Source: an uncultured virus (IMG/VR IMGVR_UViG_3300030000_000004) | Taxonomy: Duplodnaviria; Heunggongvirae; Uroviricota; Caudoviricetes | Reading direction: 5' to 3' (one strand) | DNA length: 64,000 bases | IMG/VR virus record: IMGVR_UViG_3300030000_000004 | Shown here: positions 21,949-32,100 of the stretch, in pieces | How the letters are laid out: each line of letters begins with the position of its first letter | Numbering within the stretch: position 1 is the first letter of the stretch | Position numbers and translations under genes: made by a program | Notes under the pieces: generated by a model | Seen by the model: the letters and a program-made list of their open reading frames with translations, nothing else | What the model was told of the DNA's origin: nothing | Database searches by the model: none

Positions 21949-24900
21949 TTATTCAAGTGATAGCCTGAAAGGTACAGGAACAGTTGTTGTGAATGAAAAA
22001 GATAAAGTACTCATCGTTTCTACAAGTTGAGGGAATGGGAACATATTTGGCACCGGTGATTCTGTTTGTGAACCTGATAATGATTCAACAATAAGAGTTG
22101 GGCTTCCAGTGTACGTCTTGTTGAGAACGGTTATTAAGTATTCTGGACTTGAATCACGTATGATTAATCCAGATGGGTGTTTAAGTTGGTCAAACACGAT
22201 ACTCAACCTTTCTGGTGGGAAAACAATAACAGTATCATATGGATAATAATCACTATCATATGCATAGACATCATAACCATATTCAGTTTCTGTTACTTCA
22301 ATTTCACGTATCGTCAATCCTTCATTGATACTTGACCCTAAAATGTTTTCATTTTGTGTCTGTTCAACAAAAATACTTGGTTCAGCTGTTTTGTTTGGGC
22401 TTATCCAGTCTGCTGCATTATCTGTCCATTCATAGTTACCAGAACCTGGTGGATTTTCTATCATCTTAGAAGCAAAACCATTAGTAAATCTGGCATCGTA
22501 AACATCACAGTCATATGGGAACAAATCGTATCCGTATGGAGCAAAAGGTAATGCTCCACCTTCAACAAAATGGATACTCATAGAATCTATGAATTTGAAA
22601 TCTGTTTCTATAAGAGAACCATTAACACCACTTTCAGTTATATGAATTTTAACTAGGTCAGTGAAATTAAATTTCACCTTAACATATGTTGTTAAGTTTT
22701 CTGTAATCTTTACTCTAATTGTTTGACCATATGATTCATCTGGCAAGAATAGAATCGAGAATTTGGTGTTGAATTTTAAATAATCTGTTACAAAAGAAGT
22801 ATCAAATGTTAGCGTACCAGACGCATTAATGTTTGTATTTTCATATCTTAGTTGATTAATAGTGAATACTTTCCTATTTGGATTGCTTCCCAAATAGGCT
22901 TCAACTTTAGTAACCAATTCTGGAAATACAGAATTAACTCTAAACTCAAGTGGAATCCAATCATCTACAGCTGCTAATTCTGGATAAGCAATACCACCGT
23001 TTATAATTTTGAATCTAACTCTTTCAATGTATGCTTTATCAATGATGATTTTATCGCCATCAACAACACCATCAACAGAATTTACAATAGTGTTACCGTG
23101 AATGTCTACCGTAGTAGGTCTATCAACGGCTCTGAAAATTACTGATCCATTGCTATGATAGAATGGGAAGTATTCCTCATTGTAAAGAACGGCTAAACGA
23201 TATTGCTCAGCATAACTTTCATACTTCGTTGATTGATAACTAAATTCATCATAGTGTGCATTCGTAGAATCTGAAGCGAAATATGTGTATTTAGGAACCA
23301 AGAACACATTTACTTGGTCACCATATTGATATTTTGCTTCTGTTGGTGAAGTGTTAATTCTAAATGATGCATAACCATCTGACCAATCTTTATCAATTTC
23401 TAAACCATTTCTATACCCATAAAGATTGTTGAAGACTGTAGCAGTTTTGTCGTCAATAAATGTTATCATGTATTCAGATGGTTCTGCTATGCTGCTAACA
23501 GGTTTCAATTCAACAAATTGAGTGGATGAACTTACTCTCCCACCGACACCAATCCATACTCCATTACCATATGCAATAGAATTGAATGACTTGCCGATAT
23601 ATGCTGTCCATGTAGTACCATTAGATGATGTAGCCGTCATACCATCCAAACCAACCACAACAAATTTTCCATCACCGAAAGAGATGTCAGAGAATGTACC
23701 GTTGTTAAATAATGACAAATTCATCCACGTCAAACCTGCATCAGAAGAAGTTAAAATTGTTCCTGTATTTCCGACGGCAACAAAAATATCAAGTGATGGT
23801 TCGTAAATTACTGAATTAAGATTTTCAGTTGTTACTTGAGGCATAATGGTCCAAGTAACACGATTGAGCGATCGAAGAATCGTACCATTATCACCAACTA
23901 TAATGATAGGTTTATCCATTTCATCTAATGCACTTGAATTAGTATCTAACCCACTTGATGACCAGGCAATATCATTAAGATTACGTGATGTTCCACTAGT
24001 CTGAGATACCCATGCATTAGAAGCTGTTGACGTTAAAATTGTACCATTATCACCAACAACAATTATACAGTTGATTGATGGAATTGAGGATGAGGTTGAT
24101 CCAGCTGCATACAACAGATTGGGTATCTGCTCACAAGCGTTTAAATTTTCAGTCGTGTTGGTTGGTTTATTTATCCAATTTATACCATCCTTTGTGGTAT
24201 AAATTTTGCCATGTTCACCGAGTACTACTAATCTTCTTTGAGGATACAAAGGTGAAGGAGTAAATATTCCATCTGTACCACTTAACCAATCTTTACCATC
24301 TAATGAACCACCAACTATAGAATTATCCCCAGTGATATAAAATTTACCATTGTCAAATGATATATTTCTAATTACTTGATTGTTACTAACAGTCGTGACC
24401 CAACTACCATCATTACTAGTTGTTGATGTGGAGATTGTTGAGTTTGATAATTTTGCAAGATATTCAAGTTTTGGAATTTTAAAACCAACTTTACCATTCC
24501 AATACCATTCATCAAATTTTGCATTTTCTTGCCAACCAGATATGCTTCCGTAAACCAATAGATTGTCAGCAGATTTAGTTGTTTCAAATGTGATAGTATC
24601 TCCTGATACAAATCCATCACCTAAAGATATAGAAAAATGAATATCATCTGTCTTCAATGATAAATTATCTGCTAAAACATACGTCTGTGAACTTAAAACA
24701 TTCGTCAAGTTCACATCAGTGGAACGTACAAGTGTGTAAGATGCTCCATTAAAACTGATTGACCAAAATACATTTTCACTTACATAATCTAAACTTACAG
24801 TGTGTATGCTAAGTGAAGGCAAAACCGTTCTATCACTAAGAGTTGTGAATGACAGCTTTGGTTTACTTGCAATAGCAATGGGATTGGTTTTAATGATTGA

Positions 24901-26127
24901 CCAATCTTCCTCTATAGCAGTTGGAGAAATTGTTATTTTGTTATGTGGGGTTAAAACAAAAGCGTCACTTGGAGAAATGCTTTCATTTATATTGCTTTCA
25001 TAGATGAAAGATATAAGCATGTGAGTGAATGTGTTACCTGGTAAACATGTTCCTATCAAACCAGAATATTTACCCGTAACAGAAATCAATCCAGGGTTAG
25101 TTCCAGTTGTCAACCAAATGTATGGTTCTAATTCTGGTTGTGATTCAACTCCGATTGCTAATCCTAAAATACTATCACAGTTGGATGAAGAAATTCGTGT
25201 CCATTCTCCCACTTCAACTCTATACAAACTGTTCAATGTCGTATCTGTTTGATTCTTCACAAGCACGATATCACCAGATACAACATTTGTACCATTTACG
25301 TTTTGAGGGCCAACTAAAACCAATTGAGTTGTTGAGATAGCCTTTATCGCTGATAGTTTGACTTTTAATTCAATGAAGTCATCTATACATTCTAATGTCC
25401 ACTGATCATAATTTCCATTTTGAATTTCTGAAATTGTACCAAATGAGGTGTTAACATCGTTGTAATGAAGATAACCTTCTTTGACTGGGAATTTAGATTT
25501 GTAAGAAGCTAGCAATTTTGGATCATTTTCATTAACACTTAAATTCAATTCTTTCCATGTTTGATCATTTCTAGAAGTAAAAGAAAAAACACCATAGCTT
25601 AAAAAATAATCAAATGATTCTTGTTGTGTTACCCCATTCTTAGAAACATATGGGATACTAGGACCATCCCAACGCTTCTGATTGAACACCCCATTTGAAG
25701 GAATATTACTAATTCCAGAAATCTGAAGATCATCATCCCGCCCTTTAATAAAAGGGTTCTGTTTCTTGGATAAATCTGTATTAAAACCGATACCGGCCTG
25801 TGATGAATGACTAGCAAGTTTAGGCAATGACAACCATGGTACAGGCCAAGTAGTTCTTGATCCATCTGATGTTAAGGTTTTTGACCAGCTTGAAGAACGT
25901 TTTGCTCTAGAGCTATCAGTTGCAACGTTTGGCAAAATATCGGCACCCAAAAATGCCAATATTTGTTTATCATCGGTTACCTTAACGTTCACTGAATCGT
26001 TAAAGAGATACTGTTCGACTATTTCAGATAATTTAACGTGGTATGGTTTTACATCTAAAACATAATTTATTAAACTATCGATATGTCCACTTGCTACAGC
26101 TAAATACCGACTATTAGTAGAACTCAT
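21949..26127 (-). CDS. large baseplate/adsorption protein with BNR-like beta-propeller repeats
   Basis: YVLDVKPYHVKL N-terminus; repeated VGDNGTILTS...W units; YDxxPYD motifs. Confidence 0.75.
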   Translation of the reverse strand: MSSTNSRYLAVASGHIDSLINYVLDVKPYHVKLSEIVEQYLFNDSVNVKVTDDKQILAFLGADILPNVATDSSRAKRSSSWSKTLTSDGSRTTWPVPWLSLPKLASHSSQAGIGFNTDLSKKQNPFIKGRDDDLQISGISNIPSNGVFNQKRWDGPSIPYVSKNGVTQQESFDYFLSYGVFSFTSRNDQTWKELNLSVNENDPKLLASYKSKFPVKEGYLHYNDVNTSFGTISEIQNGNYDQWTLECIDDFIELKVKLSAIKAISTTQLVLVGPQNVNGTNVVSGDIVLVKNQTDTTLNSLYRVEVGEWTRISSSNCDSILGLAIGVESQPELEPYIWLTTGTNPGLISVTGKYSGLIGTCLPGNTFTHMLISFIYESNINESISPSDAFVLTPHNKITISPTAIEEDWSIIKTNPIAIASKPKLSFTTLSDRTVLPSLSIHTVSLDYVSENVFWSISFNGASYTLVRSTDVNLTNVLSSQTYVLADNLSLKTDDIHFSISLGDGFVSGDTITFETTKSADNLLVYGSISGWQENAKFDEWYWNGKVGFKIPKLEYLAKLSNSTISTSTTSNDGSWVTTVSNNQVIRNISFDNGKFYITGDNSIVGGSLDGKDWLSGTDGIFTPSPLYPQRRLVVLGEHGKIYTTKDGINWINKPTNTTENLNACEQIPNLLYAAGSTSSSIPSINCIIVVGDNGTILTSTASNAWVSQTSGTSRNLNDIAWSSSGLDTNSSALDEMDKPIIIVGDNGTILRSLNRVTWTIMPQVTTENLNSVIYEPSLDIFVAVGNTGTILTSSDAGLTWMNLSLFNNGTFSDISFGDGKFVVVGLDGMTATSSNGTTWTAYIGKSFNSIAYGNGVWIGVGGRVSSSTQFVELKPVSSIAEPSEYMITFIDDKTATVFNNLYGYRNGLEIDKDWSDGYASFRINTSPTEAKYQYGDQVNVFLVPKYTYFASDSTNAHYDEFSYQSTKYESYAEQYRLAVLYNEEYFPFYHSNGSVIFRAVDRPTTVDIHGNTIVNSVDGVVDGDKIIIDKAYIERVRFKIINGGIAYPELAAVDDWIPLEFRVNSVFPELVTKVEAYLGSNPNRKVFTINQLRYENTNINASGTLTFDTSFVTDYLKFNTKFSILFLPDESYGQTIRVKITENLTTYVKVKFNFTDLVKIHITESGVNGSLIETDFKFIDSMSIHFVEGGALPFAPYGYDLFPYDCDVYDARFTNGFASKMIENPPGSGNYEWTDNAADWISPNKTAEPSIFVEQTQNENILGSSINEGLTIREIEVTETEYGYDVYAYDSDYYPYDTVIVFPPERLSIVFDQLKHPSGLIIRDSSPEYLITVLNKTYTGSPTLIVESLSGSQTESPVPNMFPFPQLVETMSTLSFSFTTTVPVPFRLSLE

Positions 26128-29100
26128 CCATCTGCTCCTGAGTAGAATTATCTGTTACCTTAGTAACAGAATTAACCGTTATAAGTGACGTTTTAAAAAT
26201 GTCACTAAATTCATAATTTTTAGAAAGTGCGTCTTCTAAAGTATCAAAAAATATTTCATTAATTTGAGATGCACGACCTTTGTTCCAAATGAGGTTCATT
26301 GTTAATCGTGCAGTTGCAGCATCTTTAAACCATTTGTCACTATCATCAAAATTCAATGCAGAAATATAATCTGGTACTATCTTATTTACGAGATTTAGGG
26401 TAAGTTTGGTATTGAGTATCGTGTTAGTGATAGAAACTTTTAACAGTTCAGAATCAGCAAATATTCTTCCATTACCAAAACCATATCTACTTCTAGTACC
26501 ATTACGTAAATCATAATCAATACGTGTTTGAGAAGGTAGTTTATTACCACCAATATCTTCACCAGCAACAGCATCAGTTAACGTATCCCAAAGTTGAGAA
26601 GGTATTTTAGATGACTGTTGTTTTCTGATCAACACCCATTCGGTGTGAACGTTTTTAAGGCTCAACTCTTCTGGATCATCCAACAACGTAAAGTTACGCA
26701 TCATTCTCAACTTATATGAATCATTTTTTGTCACAAATCTGTTTAATCCAGATACAGCAAACGAATCATAAGATGCTGTACTGTTTATCAATCTAGCATA
26801 AATCATGTATGTTGATGGACCGCTCTTCAGTAAATTTTTAGCTTCTAAAAGAGACATTGATTTGTTAGATTGTGAAATAGATTTATCTTGCACCCAGAAA
26901 TAATATTTCGTTCCGGTTACATTTCCATCAGAATTTCTTACTTCAAGTTGAGTATATTCATAATCAAGTTTATATTGAGTTTGAATAGAAAAATCATCGG
27001 TGATTGATGGATCAAATGCAAGGTCTGAATCAGAAGGTGCATATGCCCTATAAATCATAGTCACATTGAAACCTTCAGATTTTTTATTTATCATTCTCAC
27101 ATAGGTTCCTTGATCAAGGATTACTATTTCATATTCACTAGGATTAATCTGGATACCATTTACGTAAACTGATACTCTGTTTATATCAACGTCTGATGGA
27201 ACAACGAATGAAACAAGATTGACTCCATCAGAGATTTTGTCATACTTTTGTTGAGATAAAGCGGCCCAGTTTGACCATGAAGATGAATATCGTGTAATCT
27301 CAGTTCCATTTTTCAATGTTAAAGTGTTAGCACTCTTTTTCATTTCAGCGACAACTGCAGCTGATGCATTTACTTCAGATACATCTCCTAAATATGGAAG
27401 CCAAGTGTTGTTAGGATAAATTAAATCAGCATCTAACATCGTTTGTGTTGGGACTTCCCATGTTCTCCATTCATACTCTGAAGAAGAATAGTTTGGATCA
27501 GTTGAGTCATTTATGTATCGTGTTTCAGATAGGTCAATGAGTTTTGTAAATACTACTGCTTCGCGAATGAACAGATCATTTGTTGTATCAGTGATAGCTG
27601 TAATAATAGAAGCTGCAGTTATAGTTCCAGTGACAGTGCGAACATATTGGATTTGTATACCAAAAGTTTTAAATTTCACCGTTAAGATATTATCTGATTG
27701 GAGATTATCTGATACCCAATCAGCCACATCTACATCTTCGTAGAATCCCAAATTATCAATTACACGTATGACATTTTCTGTTAAGCTTTTACGTGTTAAT
27801 GAAATTGGACCTATTCTAGTTCCAAAAAGTCCACCAGTTAGTGAAGCAACACTAATGTTAGAATTCAATTCTGGTACGGATATCGAAGAAGATGAACCCA
27901 AGAAATAAGAAAGATCAGTTCCAATTACTACTTCTCCAACAGGTTTAGAATTGATCGTGTCCCATCCACCAAAATTTCTTCCAGAAACAATATTAAGATC
28001 CGAAACTCTACCTATGTCAGCAACCAATGTATTACCAGAAATCCAAATCGTTGTATCAGATGATGAACCGAATGAAGGATGGGCTGCTGCAAAACCTTCT
28101 TCAGACTTAGACCAAGCAATAGGTCTAATCTTAAGTGTTCTGTTTCTTGAGTAGTATTTCTTAAGTGCCACTCTACCAGATGCGCGTATTGAAACGTCAA
28201 TCTGAGAATCACCTTCTTCAGATTCAGCAAGAGCATCGTATCCAGAAGGGTGGACACTGCTCTCAGTCCATTCATAAAGGTCAATTGATGCCCATTCTGC
28301 TAATGATCCCCAACGTGCATGTCTTGCATCAATGTTAGGGAAAATAACAGCATCATAGTAAGGAACATAGCCTAAGTTACTTGTATCCCAAAATACTCTA
28401 CCTACTTCTCTTTTACCCCATGGTTTAAGTGTTCTATAAGAAGTGTTGTTTGTTGTTTGAGTTGAGTAATTGTAGAATGCAGGATCAGTATCCGAAATCA
28501 TGTTAACCAATTCTAATGGCGCTGTAGCATGAATGCCTATTGCAGGATGCCACAAACTAATTTCTTCAATAAGAGCGTTGTCTGAATAATCAAACAATTT
28601 TATTGGAGAATGTTTTACTGGGTTGTTCCAAGTGAATCCAGAAATGGTATATGTTCCAGCTATAGGAGCATAAATCAAATTAGCATTTATAACAGTTGCT
28701 CCACCAGTTACAGTTGGCACAACACCATGTGAATTGTGATAAATGTTTGATAGATTGTAATATCCGTTACTTGTGACAGTTAGAGTTTCTGATATCTTTT
28801 CAGCATCAAACTTCATACCATTACCAAGATCATCAATTGAATACCAACGGGTATCATCAGAATTTTCTATCTGTGTAAACAGTGGAAGTTCGTTGTATGA
28901 TGAATCATCACTTGAGTAAAATTGGAATTTTGCAAATTTCTGGAATGTATCAGCAGGTTCAATCTTAATTTCTGGGAATGTTCTTTCTCTTGCATCACCG
29001 AATGTAGCAAGTTTGTATGCCCAATATTCATCTGTAGATGCAGACTCAAACTTCTTGAAGTTAACAAAGGCATCGATAGCCATGTTAGTTCCTTTAGCTT

Positions 29101-32100
29101 GAATCAATCCTCTCCAGAAATTAAATCTTGTCGTATTGTTTACATTCAATGCATCGAAATAAGACTTATTGGTATAACCTAATAATGCCAAAGCATGTGG
29201 TGCTGTAGATGGTTCATAGAATGTCTGGCTAGCATCATAATAATTTTCCATAGCATCAACAGAAGATGTGATGTTTCTCTTAACATCATTTCCACTCAAA
29301 TAGAACCCATTAAATGATGGTTTACCATTTGATTGTTCATTACGAATAAAACTTAAGTAAGCGGTGTTAAGTCTCAATCCCAAGAAGGTATCAAAAATAG
29401 TCGCAGATGAAATTGAATCAGAGAATCTTTGGTTCATCAAGATAACATGTTCATATTCATCGATAAATACGTGTGCAGAAAAAATTGGTGTTGATGAATA
29501 AACAACAGTTCCATCATCACTTCTGATAATAGATAGTTTTGAAACTGGAATTGTTTCACCAGTTACATCATACGCCGCTTGCATAGAATATGCATCAATG
29601 AAACTACGTTCATTGAACGATGCTAAAAGCCCGTATGGGGTATTGATTGCCAATCTATCAGCAAATGGGTTTAAAATATGTCCATCACCCAGTGTCATAC
29701 CAGTATAAACAACATCAATAAGTTTTTCTAATTCAAGTTGCCAATCAACATTTCTACCAGTTTCAGCATCTGTTGTTGGATTGTCTGAATACATTGTCCA
29801 ACCTTGTTCTTCAAGACGGGCAATATATCCATAAATGAATGTCAATACGTTCTGTAAACCAGTGACGGTTTTTGGAAGAGATGTTGTTACTAAAGATGTT
29901 TTATCTTTGAATTTTTTCCATGCTAAAGGAGCGTGACTCTTGTTAAGAGCAAAGAAAGTTTCAAAATGTCCACTTTCATCTAATACATAACGTTCAACGG
30001 TTGGGTGTTGGTTGTTATATGTTTCGATTCTAAATATCCAATCATTAGCATCAGTTGGTGGAATGTAGAAACCGAAATCATTCTGAACACCACCACCCAT
30101 CTGAACTAATTGGACACGCAAACCGGTAATCCATTTACTTTCAACATTGGATGATTTTTTCAAAACTACACTGTAACTAGTTGATGGAAGATCACCCTGT
30201 GTTGTGTTGATTGATAATGTATCAGGTCTAATCATTGCACCTAAACGATGAATCAATTTAATTGACCATCCTCTGTATGATTGAGTCACATCAGATAATT
30301 CTGTATCAATGTAATTAAATCTCAATACGTTAGTGAATATTTGACCAAAACCTTTGAACACTTTAGATGTTGCTGCAACATGTGAATAAGTGTATGAAGT
30401 TCCATCGAATGATACAGTTAATGTTTCACCCATTTCATAAGGGATACCTTGATCGTTTACTTCGCCCTGATTTACCGTTACGTATGAATCAAATGTTCCA
30501 TTTACGCGCTTTGACATGATTGTTAAAGAATCACCACAGTATGAAACCGTGTATGAAATTGTACCCGCAGTGGTCATCACAACGTTAGGAATCCTAAGTT
30601 GTACATTTTCAGAATCATAGGAATTAACAATGCTTAATTTCTCACCATGTAATAAAAATTTAGAAGATGGAAGTGGTGTCAATAAATTACGTTCAACTCT
30701 GACATTAGAACCAACTTGAATATAAGTATCGCCCCAGTTCTTATTAAGAAACTCTAAAGGATTTGTTCTAAATGTTGAACGACATTGACTGTATGTGAAC
30801 TCTAGAGATTTTTTCCATACTATTTCAATTGGACCATTCTGACCAAAGGTGTATGGGTATGATGCTTTGATAGGTATTGTCGTTGATAGAGCTTCATTGG
30901 ATGCCCAAATAGATCCACTAACAAATGGTGGTAACAATTCATCGGTGCGAATATTCACACTTAATTTAAGTGATGGATGTGCAGCCTTAATATCTGTCCA
31001 CATTTGTTGTTTCCAGGTTCTAACCTGGTCAAATGATATTAGAGTTGAACCGACAGTTACTGTTCCAACATTGGTGTTTGTCCATAATGTTCCACTGTAT
31101 TCAGTTCCACCTGTAACTTTAACGCTCAATTGAGAATCGATAATGTCTGCTGATCTATTCCATCCTAATGTTGAGATGATGTAAATTCCGTTGAATTGTG
31201 GTACTGATTGATTTGTTAATAGTATTCTGTCTCCTTGAACCAATGATACACCATCAACAGTTTGAAGACCGTATAAAAGTCCTATAGAAGAAACAGCTAC
31301 ACATCTTACATCAACTGAAATTTCATTTGCTGCAACATTTGATTTATAAAGTGAATCCCAGTTTGAAGGTTTAGTTTCAGAAGCTGGAATAGCAACTGTT
31401 CCCAATTTCCAAGGTTCTAAATTTGGCCTGCATGTTGGTAATGTTGAAGGTGTAGTAAAATGTTCTTTAAGAACATCAAACCAACGTGCCTTTGATGTCC
31501 AACCAGAAGATGAATAGTTCCATGTGAATGCATCGCTCACATCATAATCAGCAGCATATGTATCGTATCCATATTTTGAAGCGAATCTATTCAATTCAAT
31601 CTCAGCGTATGATGAATTATCTGATGTTGAGATGTCTTGATTAATCTCCTGATGTGTATGAACACTATCAAATAATTTATTTTCGATTGCTAAAAGAAGA
31701 ATATTGCGGATGTTAGATGTTGAAATTTCAACCCATCTATCACTTATCGCATCAGTAGTAGTTTGCCAAACAAGACCAACAGTATCCCATTTGTAAAGTT
31801 CACCAGTTGAACCGGTTCTATTAAACCAGTATGCTCCACTCTCACCGACTTCTGGCATAGTAGTTGAATCAGAATATACATCAAATGTGAATAATTGTAA
31901 CGTAGATGGTTTGATCCACAACTGTCTAGCATATGGAAGTAATGGACGTGATTCAGAAAAAATACCAGCAGAAGAAGTACCGTCTGAACGAGTAACAACA
32001 GTCTGAACCAATTTTCTGTCTAGATTAACATTTCGTGATGATACTGGAGAAATATGACCATCATGGTGAACAACAACATTCAAACCAAGTTCATTATCAA